Positions 9,926-20,167 of a stretch of 64,000 bases of DNA are shown here, in pieces. The stretch is from assembly GCA_963743305.1 (NCBI GenBank), contig CAVUPH010000014.1, positions 64,001-128,000 of the forward strand, given 5' to 3'. The stretch's first letter is position 1; the number at the start of each line of letters is the position of its first letter. The translations under genes and the position numbers were made by a program. Under the pieces are notes generated by a model. It saw nothing but the letters and a program-made list of their open reading frames with translations, was not told the DNA's origin and did no database searches. This stretch comes from an uncultured delta proteobacterium. Lineage in GTDB: Bacteria; Desulfobacterota; RBG-13-43-22.

Positions 9926-10590
9926 GAGACCACCTTTCCATCGTGCATCCGGATCAGACGATCCGCGGTTTTGGCAAGTTCAGCATCGTGGGTCACCATC
10001 AGAATGGTGACTCCCTCTTGGCGATGGAGTCTTTCCAGGATCTCCAGGATGGCCTCACCGGTGGCCGAGTCCAGGTTTCCGGTCGGCTCATCGGCAAAGA
10101 GGATCTTGGGGTGGTTGATGAGCGCCCGGGCGATAGCCACCCTTTGTTTTTCTCCGCCGGAAAGGGCCGAGGGCAAATGGTCCGACCTGGGGAGTAGCTC
10201 CATTTTCTCCAGCAGCTCCATGGCCCGCATTTCCCGCTCTTCCGCCGGCATCTTTATTGGAAAAAGCGGGAGGGCCACATTCTCCCAGGCGGAGAGCGTG
10301 GAGATCAGGTTGAAGGACTGAAAGATGAAACCGACGTTATCCCGACGGAAAAGGGCCAATTCATCCTCGGTAGCGCTGGTAATTTCCTTCCCGTCCAGCA
10401 TGACCTTTCCCTCCGTGGGGCGCTCCAGTCCCGAAAGCAATGACAGGAGTGTCGTCTTTCCGGAGCCTGATTTTCCAGCCAGGCAGACGAATTCCCCGCT
10501 GGCCAGAGAGAGCGAGACATCCCGCACCACAGTCAGATCACCATATTTCTTGGTGAGACCGGCCCCGGTTAAGATCGTTCCGTTATTCAT
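9922..10590 (-). CDS. ABC transporter ATP-binding protein
   Basis: GKSGSGKT, LSGGEKQRV, FADEPTGNLD. Confidence 0.95.
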   Translation of the reverse strand: MNNGTILTGAGLTKKYGDLTVVRDVSLSLASGEFVCLAGKSGSGKTTLLSLLSGLERPTEGKVMLDGKEITSATEDELALFRRDNVGFIFQSFNLISTLSAWENVALPLFPIKMPAEEREMRAMELLEKMELLPRSDHLPSALSGGEKQRVAIARALINHPKILFADEPTGNLDSATGEAILEILERLHRQEGVTILMVTHDAELAKTADRLIRMHDGKVVS

Positions 10591-11839
10591 GTCGTAAAAC
10601 CTCCGCTGGTTTGATTTTTGAAATATTCCGGCCGAGCAACCCGCCGGTCACGCCGCCGATGACTACTGAAAGTAGAAGGGCAAAACAGGCCAGGGCCCAC
10701 GAGACGTGCACGGGGAGAGAAAGCGTTTTGAAGACCTGGTCTCCGCCCCCCGGCAGGAAATGGGGTTTAGGACTCATTTCCCAAGGAATAGGGATATTGA
10801 CCTTCATGAAGCTCAACCCAAAGGTGATTACGATGGCCAGGGCCAACCCTAGAAGGCCGGCCAGAAAGCACTGGACGATCGACTCCGAGAGGAGTTGCGT
10901 CACCACGTTCCGGTTCGTCCAACCCACCGCCTTGAGCACGCCGATCTCCCGAGTCCGCTCGGTGATGTTGCCGGCCATGGTCTTAAAGGCAATCAAGACG
11001 GCCACGATGACGGCGATCAGGGAGGCGGCCAGGGTGAATTTATCCGAGAGGGCAAAGAGGCTGCCCAGGAGCTTCAGGAAGGACTCGGGCGTCGCGATGG
11101 TCGCCCCTTTACCGATGAGCCCTCGCAAGGCAACGGCCAAAGCGGGAATCTTTTCCTGGTCGGCTTTGATAAAAAGGAGATTGACATCGGACGGGCCGAA
11201 GGGGGAGACGGATTGCACCAGGGGGGAAGAGGCGGCCATTTTTTGCGCTTCCACCAAAGGCAGATAGACGTTGGCCACGGCGATTTTAGCGGCCCGGGAG
11301 GCATCGATCAACCCAACGACCGGATACGTCTTGCCAGCCACCGACAGGGTATCCCCCACCTTGAGGCCGAACTGGCGGGCGTAAGACGCTTCCATGAGGG
11401 CTTCGGATCGACCTTCCGTAAGAAACCGTCCCTCGGTCACCGCGCGAGAAAGCGTTGCCGGACCGACCCTATTGTTCTGTTCTATTCCCAGGACGATCCA
11501 GGCCTTATGGGGATCAAAGACCCAAAGCAGAACGGCGGTACCTACCCCTTTCACCCCCCCCAGGCCTTCGATCTTTTTCACTTGCGCCTCGCGGATGGTC
11601 TCGGCCGAACAGGGAAAAACGACCCCGCTAAGCTGCTCCGGCACATTCCCCGACCGCTGGACCGTGACATCGGCCCCGATCTCTTCCAGGGGAACGCGAG
11701 CCGCCTGGCGATAGGCGGCGGAAAGGGCGTTAAGGATGATCAGCAGGGCGATTCCTATGGAAAGACCGATGATCGCCGCCAGAGTTCTTCGCCTCTGGTA
11801 ATAGAGTTCCTTAGCCAAGTAGTGATAATTCATTGCCAT
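10583..11839 (-). CDS. ABC transporter permease, FtsX/MacB family
   Basis: ERTREIGVLKAVGW, IKPAEVLRHE; paralog of 8266..9510. Confidence 0.9.
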   Translation of the reverse strand: MAMNYHYLAKELYYQRRRTLAAIIGLSIGIALLIILNALSAAYRQAARVPLEEIGADVTVQRSGNVPEQLSGVVFPCSAETIREAQVKKIEGLGGVKGVGTAVLLWVFDPHKAWIVLGIEQNNRVGPATLSRAVTEGRFLTEGRSEALMEASYARQFGLKVGDTLSVAGKTYPVVGLIDASRAAKIAVANVYLPLVEAQKMAASSPLVQSVSPFGPSDVNLLFIKADQEKIPALAVALRGLIGKGATIATPESFLKLLGSLFALSDKFTLAASLIAVIVAVLIAFKTMAGNITERTREIGVLKAVGWTNRNVVTQLLSESIVQCFLAGLLGLALAIVITFGLSFMKVNIPIPWEMSPKPHFLPGGGDQVFKTLSLPVHVSWALACFALLLSVVIGGVTGGLLGRNISKIKPAEVLRHE

Positions 11840-11845
11840 CCTCCC

Positions 11846-12340
11846 CTACGGACATATCTCTCCCCGCCGCTGGGCCATGGCGCTCTCGATCAAATGCAGA
11901 AATTTTTTCTGCTGCTCCCGGCCGAGCATGGACTTGAATTCAAGCATGTGTGAAACGACGGTCTTTTGTATGTCTTCCTGAATCTTATTAATATGGCTTA
12001 TGGTCGCCTCGATGGCCTTGCGATCGGGGTTATCCGCCCGCATGAGGGTGATGAGGGAAGTCCTTAGCCGCTCCACTTCCTGTCTCTCCTTGGCCAGGCC
12101 ACTATGAAACTCCCCCGCTTTTTTCTGAAAGAGCTTGATTTGTTCCGGCTTTAAGGACAGCTCTTCGAAGAACATGCCCGGGCCGAAAGGACCTGGACGA
12201 ACCGGGCCGCCGATCAAGCCTGCTAAAGGAGGAGGACCGAACCGTGTCATCCGGTAATGGGTGAAGGCCGCGGCCCCGAGCAGCGAAAAATTCAACAATA
12301 AAGAGACGATCAGGATATACTTTAGGAGGTTATCTTTCAT
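11846..12340 (-). CDS. Periplasmic heavy-metal sensor / Spy-CpxP-like protein
   Basis: LIVSLLLNF anchor, LSLKPEQ and LGREQQ motifs. Confidence 0.8.
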   Translation of the reverse strand: MKDNLLKYILIVSLLLNFSLLGAAAFTHYRMTRFGPPPLAGLIGGPVRPGPFGPGMFFEELSLKPEQIKLFQKKAGEFHSGLAKERQEVERLRTSLITLMRADNPDRKAIEATISHINKIQEDIQKTVVSHMLEFKSMLGREQQKKFLHLIESAMAQRRGEICP

Positions 12341-12812
12341 CGGCTGCTCCCGCTAGGGTCACATAGACGCCTCCGATTGAATCCGGAGGAGTGGCCTGAA
12401 AGAGATCCAGAGAAAATGATTCTTGAACGGTCATGGGCCTTTCCGGGGTTCTACCGGTGACGAGCAGGTTACCGGAAACCATACCGATAAAGACGACGAT
12501 CAGGGCAAAGGCTACCTCCACCGCCCGCAGAAAGACGGGCTGAAGGGTAAAAAAACCCCAGAAAGGGGCACTTTTTTCATTTTCTTCGATTCGGGCCATG
12601 ACCCTCGTGGCAAACCCATAAGGGGCCTCGAACCTTTCTGCAGGGTCGAAGAGTTGATGGATGGACATGGTCTCTTCCAACGATTCTTGGCAAGCCGGAC
12701 ATCCCTGAATGTGGGAGATGAATATCTTCGCTTGGTCAGGACCGAGTTCATCGTCCACAAACGGGGAGATCATTTTTCTTATTTGTGAACACTTCATTTT
12801 TTCTCCCTCCAT
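12330..12812 (-). CDS. Zinc-finger (zf-HC2) anti-sigma factor
   Basis: C..(ISPFVDDEL)..HIQGCPAC (HxxxCxxC) plus a TM helix. Confidence 0.9.
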   Translation of the reverse strand: MEGEKMKCSQIRKMISPFVDDELGPDQAKIFISHIQGCPACQESLEETMSIHQLFDPAERFEAPYGFATRVMARIEENEKSAPFWGFFTLQPVFLRAVEVAFALIVVFIGMVSGNLLVTGRTPERPMTVQESFSLDLFQATPPDSIGGVYVTLAGAADER

Positions 12813-12819
12813 ACTGTTA

Positions 12820-12844
12820 AACGACTGAGATTCGATTTTGTTCC
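12820..12844 (-). promoter_or_regulatory. ECF sigma promoter GGAAC-N16-CGTT
   Basis: GGAACAAAATCGAATCTCAGTCGTT upstream of the anti-sigma gene. Confidence 0.7.
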
Positions 12845-12861
12845 CAAAATTCTTCTTCGTT

Positions 12862-13407
12862 TCAACCCTTTTTTTGCAGGAGCTTGCGCAACTCCTCCCG
12901 CGCCCTTGATAGCCTCGATTTCACCGTTCCGATGGATGCCGGTAACACCGCGGCAATCTCTTCATAGGAAAGCCCCTCGATCTCCTTCAACACGATCACC
13001 GTTCGAAACTTCTTCGAGAGACTACGGAGAGCGGTCTCTATCAGCCGGCCGGTTTCCTTTGATTGAACCAGCCGTTCAGGAGAAGGTTGGTGGGTGGGTA
13101 GGTTGTTGACGGCAGATTCATCTTCGCAAGGCTCGGGGCGTAACTTTTTTCTGTAGTCAAGACAGGTGTTGACGGCGATGCGGTAAAGCCAGGTGTAAAA
13201 GGCGGCGTCAGGCTTAAAATTCTTGAGGGCGGCATACGCCTTGAGAAAACTGTCCTGCGCTGCATCCTGGGCTTCTTCGGCATCCTGAAGCATATAGCGG
13301 CAGAGATTGAATATCCTGTCCTGGTATTTGCGGAGTAGCTCCTCGAAGGCCGGACGGTCGCCGCCCTTAAAGCGTCGGATCAGGTCTAGGTCGTCGGAAA
13401 AGGCCAC
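12862..13407 (-). CDS. ECF (RpoE/SigW-like) sigma-70 factor
   Basis: AQDAAQDSFLKAY, FYTWLYRIAVN, LSYEEIA..GTVKSRLSRAR. Confidence 0.92.
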   Translation of the reverse strand: MAFSDDLDLIRRFKGGDRPAFEELLRKYQDRIFNLCRYMLQDAEEAQDAAQDSFLKAYAALKNFKPDAAFYTWLYRIAVNTCLDYRKKLRPEPCEDESAVNNLPTHQPSPERLVQSKETGRLIETALRSLSKKFRTVIVLKEIEGLSYEEIAAVLPASIGTVKSRLSRAREELRKLLQKKG

Positions 13408-13599
13408 GGGTCCGTCACTTTTCGTCTTGCCGGCATGGATTTATCATAAACCGCGGAAAAAATGATGGTGGTAAGCAAGACCGCCAAAGCCGGGGCCCTA
13501 TCCTTTGACCAGTCTCCCAGCTTTCTTGTCGTCAAGGGCATAGCACTCCTTCTTCGAGTCCTTTCGTCCAAATCTATTCTCATTAACCCCATATTCTTA

Positions 13600-13624
13600 A
13601 ACGATTGAGATTCGATATTGTTCC
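13600..13624 (-). promoter_or_regulatory. ECF sigma promoter GGAAC-N16-CGTT
   Basis: GGAACAATATCGAATCTCAATCGTT, nearly identical to the copy at 12820-12844. Confidence 0.7.
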
Positions 13625-13634
13625 AAATCACTTT

Positions 13635-13782
13635 TGATGGTTTCGCAAAAAGTCGAAAAACCCGTCATTGCGAGGAGCGAAGCGAAGCAATCCCCACCAT
13701 GGCAACTAGCTGATTCTTGGGGATTGCTTCGTCGCTTCACTCCTCGCAATGACAGCCCGGGGGACTTTTTGCGAAACCATCA
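13635..13782. repeat. MITE-like palindromic element
   Basis: Terminal inverted repeats TGATGGTTTCGCAAAAAGTC / GACTTTTTGCGAAACCATCA enclose a GTCATTGCGAGGAG..CTCCTCGCAATGAC palindrome. Confidence 0.75.
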
Positions 13783-14229
13783 CTTTTCTTGATTCGTATT
13801 TTTTTGCAGGAGCTTGAACAACTCTTCTCTCGCTCTTGAGATCCTTGATTTTATTGTTCCATCTGAGGTATGCAGCACCTCGGCCATTTCCTCATAGGAA
13901 AGCCCTTCCATTTCCCGCAGGACGATAACGGCCCTCGAATCTCCGGGCAATCGATCCAGGGCCGCCTGGATGGCCCGACCGATCTCCTTCGATTGGTAGC
14001 GTTGCTCCGGGGACGCCTCGGTTGAAGCCAGATCCTCGGCCTGAAATTCATTTTTAAGGAATAGATCCTGGGCGGCATCCTCCGCGTCTTGAGGATTTCC
14101 GAGGAGATAACGGCAGAGATTATAAATTCTATTTTGATATTTCCTGAGGATTACTTCGAAAATGGACAGATCGCCGTCTTTGAATTGCTTAATTAAAGAG
14201 GGTTCATCTCGCTGGTCTTTGAGGCCCAT
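13780..14229 (-). pseudogene. ECF sigma factor paralog with internal deletion of region 2.3-2.4
   Basis: AEDAAQDLFLK jumps directly to NEFQAEDL; the F.TWLYRIA.N segment is missing; region 4 is intact. Confidence 0.7.
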
Positions 14230-14239
14230 ACACTATAAT

Positions 14240-14264
14240 AACGTATCGGCAAGGATTTTGTTCC
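14240..14264 (-). promoter_or_regulatory. ECF sigma promoter GGAAC-N16-CGTT
   Basis: GGAACAAAATCCTTGCCGATACGTT, 10 nt upstream of ATG 14229. Confidence 0.65.
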
Positions 14265-14358
14265 CTGGAATTTAACAGGAAGCATATTCCGCTCAAACTG
14301 ACCACCGGTTCCGGTCAAACTGACCAGAGATCGGAGCGCAGCGACGCAGGAGAAAAGA

Positions 14359-15117
14359 TTATACTACGGACTGGTCAGTTTGAGTCAAGGGGGAACGTGT
14401 TTTCCGCATGGATTCTCCTTTCAAGGTGATTTTGTGGGCCTGGTGAACCAGGCGATCCAGGATGGCATCGGCCAGGGTGGGTTCTCCGATGGTTTCATGC
14501 CAGGTGGCGATGGGGAACTGGCTGGTGACCAGGGTCGAGGAGCGGTCATAGCGATCCTCCAGGACCTCCAGGAGGTCATGGCGTTCGGCCGCCTGCAAAG
14601 GGTTGAGCCCCCAATCGTCTAAGATCAGCAAGGGGAGTTTGGCCAGGCGGGCCAAGACGCGGGAGTAGGAGCCATCGGCCTTGGCCATCTGGAGTTCATG
14701 GAGGAGCTTGGGGATTCGGGTATAGCGAGTGGCGAACCCCAGACGGCAGGCCTGATGAGCCAGGGCGCAGGCCAGGTAGGTTTTTCCGGAACCGGTGGGT
14801 CCGATGATGATGACGTTCTGGTGATGGGTCAGCCACTGACCGGAAGCCAGGCTTTGCAGGACGGCCTGATGCAGGCCCCGTTTGTGCCGGTAATCGACCT
14901 CTTCCAGACAAGCCGGTTCCCGGAGTTTGGCGGCTTTCAGCCGCCGGGCCAGGTGTCGGTTTTCACGAGAGGTCCACTCCCGGTCGACGAGCAGACCGAA
15001 GCGTTCTTCGAAGCTGAGGGCTTGGGTGGCCGGTTGATTGAGTTGTTCTTCGAAGGCGCGGGCCATACCGAAGAGCTTCATCCGTAACAGGTAGTCGATG
15101 GTCGGTTGGATCAGCAT
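14359..15117 (-). CDS. istB: IS21 helper ATPase
   Basis: GPTGSGKT, LLILDDWG, ADAILDRLVH, LKGESMR. Confidence 0.95.
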   Translation of the reverse strand: MLIQPTIDYLLRMKLFGMARAFEEQLNQPATQALSFEERFGLLVDREWTSRENRHLARRLKAAKLREPACLEEVDYRHKRGLHQAVLQSLASGQWLTHHQNVIIIGPTGSGKTYLACALAHQACRLGFATRYTRIPKLLHELQMAKADGSYSRVLARLAKLPLLILDDWGLNPLQAAERHDLLEVLEDRYDRSSTLVTSQFPIATWHETIGEPTLADAILDRLVHQAHKITLKGESMRKTRSPLTQTDQSVV

Positions 15118-15127
15118 GATTTCTCCT

Positions 15128-16670
15128 TTACTGGTAATAGTCCTTCCCCCGGATATGGGGGTGCAGACGGAGCGGGGGTTCTGGGATAGGGATTAACGTT
15201 TGACGGTCCAAACCGGAAGTCAGGATCGACTTGATGTTTTGATAACGGTATTGCTTCATCCGAGTTGCCCGTTGACAGGCGGCCTCCAGTCGTTCGTGGG
15301 AAAAGCGATCCCCCAGGCGGATCAAGCCTAAACAGGCCCGGAAGCCCTGTTCCGGGTAGTCTTTGGCCTGGAGGATTTCCCGGGCGACGGCGGCGGTGTA
15401 GGGGCCTATTTTTTCGATCCAGCCCAGGATCCGTTCCGGGGTCCAGGCCCGGTGGTGTTGATGGGCCGGCGGGAGATGTTCCGGCCGGGTGGTGTAGCCG
15501 CCCTTACGGAAACTGCGGACATGGCTAGCCACCCGGCGGTTTTTAAACAGGACCTCGACGATGGCCCGGGTGAGACGGACATCGACCTGTTCCCGGACCA
15601 GCGGATAGGGAACACTGTAAAAGTGGCCGTCCACTTCGATGTGGACGTCGACATTGACCCGGGCCTTGAGCCAGTCGGCGTATTCGTAAGGAGGTCCGCT
15701 TACGGGTTGGGCGGCTGGTTTATCCAGGGTGAGGAAGCGCTCCTGCCGGGAACCGGGGAGTTTTTTGAAGGGTCTTTGGTTCAACCGGATCAACAGTTCC
15801 CGGATGGCCTGGTTGGCCTCGGCCAAGGAGAAAAAGGTCCGGTGTCGCAGGGCGGCCAGGATCCAGCGCTCGACTAAGAGTACCCCCGCCTCCGCCTTGG
15901 CTTTATCCTTTGGTTTGCGGACCCGGGCGGGGATGACCGCTAGGCCATAATGGCGGGCCATTTCTTGATACGTGGGGTTGATGTCCGGATCATAACGGCA
16001 GGCTTTATTAACGGCCGCTCCCAGATTGTCGGGAACCAGGACCTTGGGCAGACAGCCGAAGAAACCAAAGGCCCGGACATGGGCCCCGATCCAGTGGGGT
16101 AGTTTCTCGGACAGACAAGCTTCGGCGTAGGTATAGTTGCTGGCGCCCCAAACCGCTACGAAGAGGGTATGAAAGGTCACCTCGCCGGTTTCCGGATGGG
16201 TGATGGGGATGCCTTGGCCGGAGAAGTCCACGAACAGCTTTTCTCCGGCCCGGTGTTCCTGCCGAAGGCACCAGTCCAGTTTTTTGGCCCAACGCCGGTA
16301 TAGTTCGCAGAACTGGCTGTAGCGATACCCCTGGGGATGTTGCTCCTGGTATTCATGCCAGAGCAACTGGAGGGTCATGTCCGGCCGACGGAGTTCCTCA
16401 TGGAGCTCAGACCAATCCGGAACTGGCCGAGGATGAGTCGGAAACAGGAAGCGTGGGAGATGGAAACATCTGGGCCGCTAAGGCCTGATCGTCCAGATGC
16501 TCCGGTAAAGGCCAGAACAGTCCGGCCGCCTGAGCCCGCTGTTCGTACTCGGCTACGGTATTGTGGGAGATAGAGCAGATTCGTCCCGTCTGACGACGCC
16601 CTAAACCTAACTCCCAGCGTAAACGTAAAACTTCTTTGATCTTGCGCATGGATAACCTCCGATTGGCCAT
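15128..16670 (-). CDS. istA: IS21 transposase (frameshift near 16410-16430)
   Basis: [18 protein letters not shown]-part in ORF 16407..16670; DDE core ([20 protein letters not shown]) in ORF 15128..16378. Confidence 0.92.
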
Positions 16671-17017
16671 TCCCGTTACCTCCCCTGTTGAGTTGGGAGG
16701 CAGGGTAGCACCAGATTTTATCCTGCGCCGCTGTTAACTTTTTCGATTCCGGGCCAGTCGGTTTACTGGTCAGTTTCCCACCGGAATCAGTGGTCAGTTT
16801 GCTCCGGAATCACTGGTCAGTTTCGATCGGAATGGGTGGTAATATAGGTGGTTACGCAGAAAATGAGTGGACAGAGATTGGCCCGTACAAGGGCCGGCAG
16901 GACGGTGGAGATACCCAAGGGTAAAACAGGCCGAGGGTAGCAGGTGAAAAAGCCCAAGCCCGACCCCAAGCACTCCGCCAGGGTTAACAAGGAAAGGGGA
17001 TGCTTTCCTTTTCAATC

Positions 17018-17809
17018 TCATCTATCTTTAAAACTTGGTTTCCGTTTATCTATAAAAGCCTGGAACCCCTCTCGGCCGTCTTCGGAAACATAGGCGATGA
17101 CAAAACAATTATTCTCATACGTTATCGCCGACTGAAGATCCATATTCATTCCATTATCTATGGTATTCTTAAGGAGACTCAGGGCTACCTTTGGTTTAGA
17201 GGCCAACTTTTTCGCCCAGGCTTTCGCCTCTTCCAGTAAGGCCTCTTTGCCCACAACCTTATTCACCAGGCCTAGGGAACAGGCTTCCTCGGCATTAACC
17301 GTATCCCCCATAAACAAAAGTTCCTTTGCTTTGGCGATGCCGATCAACCTGGGGAGCCTCTGGGTACCGCCTGAGCCCGGTATGATGCCCAAATTAATCT
17401 CCGGACAGCCTATGGAAGTATCGCTTGCCGCAATCCTCAGATCACAGGCCAGGGCCAGCTCACAGCCGCCGCCCAAAACAAAGCCAAAGATTGCGGCGAT
17501 GGTGGGTTTTTCAATACCGGCGACCTTGTCGAGACACATTCTGGAGACATTCCGAAAGGCAAAATAATCCGGTATCGATTTTCCGGCCACTTCTTTTACA
17601 TCGAGACCCGCCGCAAAGGCTTTATCGCCGGTCCCGGTCAGGATAACCGCCTTAACCGATTCGTCTTTTTCGAGATCGCCAAAAGCATCATAAATCTCCT
17701 GGTACATTTTGACATTGAGAGAATTTACTGGAGGTCTGTTCAGCTTGACGACCGCAATATTTCCCTCTTTTTCAACCAGCAAGGTTTCATAATCCATATT
17801 CCCCTCCAC
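17018..17809 (-). CDS. Enoyl-CoA hydratase/isomerase (crotonase family)
   Basis: AFAAGLD, GGGCELALACD, PEINLGIIPGSGGTQRLPRLIG. Confidence 0.95.
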   Translation of the reverse strand: MEGNMDYETLLVEKEGNIAVVKLNRPPVNSLNVKMYQEIYDAFGDLEKDESVKAVILTGTGDKAFAAGLDVKEVAGKSIPDYFAFRNVSRMCLDKVAGIEKPTIAAIFGFVLGGGCELALACDLRIAASDTSIGCPEINLGIIPGSGGTQRLPRLIGIAKAKELLFMGDTVNAEEACSLGLVNKVVGKEALLEEAKAWAKKLASKPKVALSLLKNTIDNGMNMDLQSAITYENNCFVIAYVSEDGREGFQAFIDKRKPSFKDR

Positions 17810-17812
17810 CGT

Positions 17813-18574
17813 TTAAAACACAAAAAGATCCAGACCGCCCATCAGATTCATGATGGATCCCGTCATATAGGCAGCGCTGTCTGAGCATAGGTAGGCGATG
17901 GCATCGGCGATTTCCTGGGGATGGGCCGGTCTGCGGAAGACCGTCTTTTTCTCCACGGCCTGACGGACCGGCTCCGGGAGCAGATCATAGCCATCCGTGG
18001 CACAGATGCCGATGAGCACGCTGTTGGCCGTAATATTGAACCGCGCCCCCTCCAGGGCCGCCGATTTGGCCAGCGCAATGAGACCGGCCTTGGCCGCCCC
18101 GTAGCTCGTCTGCCCCGCGCCGCCCAGAACCCCGGCCACGGACGTCATATTGACGATCCGGCCCCACTTTTTGGCGCACATATCCGCCCAGGCCTCTTTA
18201 AGGCAATAGAACGCGGAATTGAGACAGAGCTTCACTTCATAATCCCATTCTTCCGTGGTGGTCTTGGCAATGCTGATGTTGTGCCCCATCAGGGCGGCAT
18301 TGTTCACCACAATATCAACGGGCCCGAGCTCCGCCTTAATGGCCGCAAAGCCTTTGGCCACATCGGCGGCCACACTCGCATCCATCCGGACGGCCATAGC
18401 TTTCCGGCCCATAGCCTTAATCTCTTCGGCCAAGGCCTCCGCCCCTTCCAGGTGATGAAAGCCGGTTACCACTACATCCGCCCCCTGTCTCGCGAGCGTC
18501 AGGGCGGCGTGCCTCCCGATACCTTTGGGCCTGGAAGCGCCTGTTACCAATGCCAGTTTTCCTTCTAAAGACAT
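17813..18574 (-). CDS. SDR-family NAD(P)-dependent oxidoreductase (FabG-like)
   Basis: TGASRPKGIG, NNA, YGAAK; start MSLEGK at 18574. Confidence 0.92.
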   Translation of the reverse strand: MSLEGKLALVTGASRPKGIGRHAALTLARQGADVVVTGFHHLEGAEALAEEIKAMGRKAMAVRMDASVAADVAKGFAAIKAELGPVDIVVNNAALMGHNISIAKTTTEEWDYEVKLCLNSAFYCLKEAWADMCAKKWGRIVNMTSVAGVLGGAGQTSYGAAKAGLIALAKSAALEGARFNITANSVLIGICATDGYDLLPEPVRQAVEKKTVFRRPAHPQEIADAIAYLCSDSAAYMTGSIMNLMGGLDLFVF

Positions 18575-18890
18575 AATTTCCTCCTTGGTAATGATTCTAT
18601 TGAAAAAGTCCTGCGGTTCTTTATCGATTTCGGCTTTCGCTAGAACATGAAAGTCGCACGTCATAGCCGAACATTATTCTCGATGACCGGTATCCCCCGG
18701 CCCAGTATCTCTAGATAAGGAGAATCTGGTCTTTGGGAAGATCCCTTCACGGCAAGGACTTGTTTTGGTTGGTCGGCTATTTTATTACTGCCGGTCTTTT
18801 TTGTTTTCTATATAGAATTAATGTTTTTGTTATAGAACAACCGGTCATTGGTGTCAAGAAAAATTGGATATTAAACACTAAGTCAAGATC

Positions 18891-19080
18891 ATGGACCTTC
18901 TCCTGGAGCTTAACCAGTATCAGCGGCTGACGATTTTAATCGCCTCGCCTGACATCAACCTCGCGGCCCAATATTGTCAACGGCTGATTTTATTGCGCGC
19001 CGGACGGATCCAGGGGATGGGTCCTCCTCGAGAGGTCATTGAAGAGGCCCTGATTCAGGAGGTTTTCGATACTCCGGTCC
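18891..19080 (+). pseudogene. C-terminal fragment of Fe/cobalamin ABC ATPase
   Basis: DINLAAQYCQRLILLRAGRI..GPPREVI; no Walker A region. Confidence 0.6.
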
Positions 19081-19223
19081 TGCAGGATCCGGTCGAAGGG
19101 AGCTATCTGGTGATTGACAAACACGTGCAGAAACAGATCGGACCAGTTTTCCGGGGACCCTAAAGCCGGGAGCCGCAGTAGCAATTCCTGCATAGGAGAA
19201 CCGGGGGCCAACTCCAGGGTCAC
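19078..19223 (-). pseudogene. Truncated MoaD/ThiS paralog remnant
   Basis: LELAPGS..LGSPENWSDLFLHVFVN..FDRILQD is highly similar to 20429..20710 but lacks the C-terminal GG. Confidence 0.65.
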
Positions 19224-19716
19224 ATCGCAGTCTTCATCGAACTGGGAAGGAAAGGTCCGTTGCCAAAAACCAAGGGGGTTTTTGTTATTATTTTTCGATT
19301 GACATTACCTAAAAAATTGATCTAATCGAACTACCTTTACAGATAATCCTACAAACCGGTCCGGTGTTAAAGCGAAGGGATGGGCCTTTTTCGGCAAGCT
19401 GTTAATTTCCTGGTTTGGCATCGGACAGAATGACGGGTGGAACAAAGGGGGCAAACCGTCAATGATCTATTACAGCTTGTCGACGGGGCTTACCACGCCC
19501 AGGGAGCCTTGGTTCAAGAGATGGGTGTAGATCATGGTGGTCTCGACATCGGAATGCCCGAGATGTTCCTGTACCGTGCCGACGCGGTTGGGGGTTCAGT
19601 GGCGCGAAACCCCGGCGAGTCGTTAGCGGCCTAGCATTCCGGGGCGTCCAATTAGGAATGCTATTTTCAATGTATAATACTATCTTAGGCCCTGGAAGTA
19701 GAGAGAGGAGAGCAGG

Positions 19717-20061
19717 ATGAGCAACGAACAGGCGGCACCTGAGACGAAAGGTGTTACGATGAAGCTACTTGCAACGGTTGACCTTGGCCCTGAGATCGAG
19801 GGCCTGGCAGGGCGCCAACTTCGAATGCGTATGGTGACCATTGAGCCTGGTGGCGTCTTCGGCCCGATTCACGACCATAAAGACAGACCAGGCACCGTCT
19901 ACATACTGCAAGGAACGATCACTGACCATCGAAATGGAGTCGCTACGGACTATGGGCCGGGAGTGGGCTGGCCCGAGGATAGGAACACCACACACTGGCT
20001 TGAGAACAGAGGAACGATTCCGGCAGTGGAGATCTCGGTCGATATAGTCAGGCAAAAGTAA
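19717..20061 (+). CDS. Cupin-domain protein (gene-cassette-like)
   Basis: HDHKDRPG..YILQG..E..HWLEN cupin motifs; strong RBS; followed by attC. Confidence 0.85.
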   Translation: MSNEQAAPETKGVTMKLLATVDLGPEIEGLAGRQLRMRMVTIEPGGVFGPIHDHKDRPGTVYILQGTITDHRNGVATDYGPGVGWPEDRNTTHWLENRGTIPAVEISVDIVRQK

Positions 20062-20089
20062 GCTCCTGCCCGACATCTGACACGGTCGG

Positions 20090-20167
20090 TCCTAACACGC
20101 GGCTCAACCGGACGCGCTTCAGTCGGCTTCGCCTCCTTTCGCGCGCCGGTTAGCCACAACGTTGGGC
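20090..20167 (+). mobile_element. Integron attC site
   Basis: CCTAAC..CTCAACCGGACGCGC..GCGCGCCGGTTAGCC..GTTGGGC imperfect palindrome with R''/L''/L'/R' layout. Confidence 0.7.

Larger units (their letters stand above)
14282..16858 (-). mobile_element. IS21-family insertion sequence
   Basis: istA + istB flanked by multiple inverted sub-terminal repeats (AAACTGACCA at about 14295-14325; TGGTCAGTTT x3 at about 16767-16823). Ends are approximate. Confidence 0.9.

Noticed and set aside
10611-11953. Long antisense ORFs (for example 10895..11953, 22587..23417, 37460..38203, 45192..46061)
   Set aside because: Shadow ORFs opposite well-supported GC-rich genes, with no motifs.
16767-16840. CRISPR-like short direct repeats
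   Set aside because: These are IS21 sub-terminal transposase-binding repeats with about 23-bp period and no spacers. No CRISPR array was seen in the window.
16860-17015. Possible permease remnant beside the IS21 end
   Set aside because: Hydrophobic, but no motif strong enough to call.
19330-19410. Cobalamin or Moco riboswitch
   Set aside because: The conserved core motifs could not be matched.
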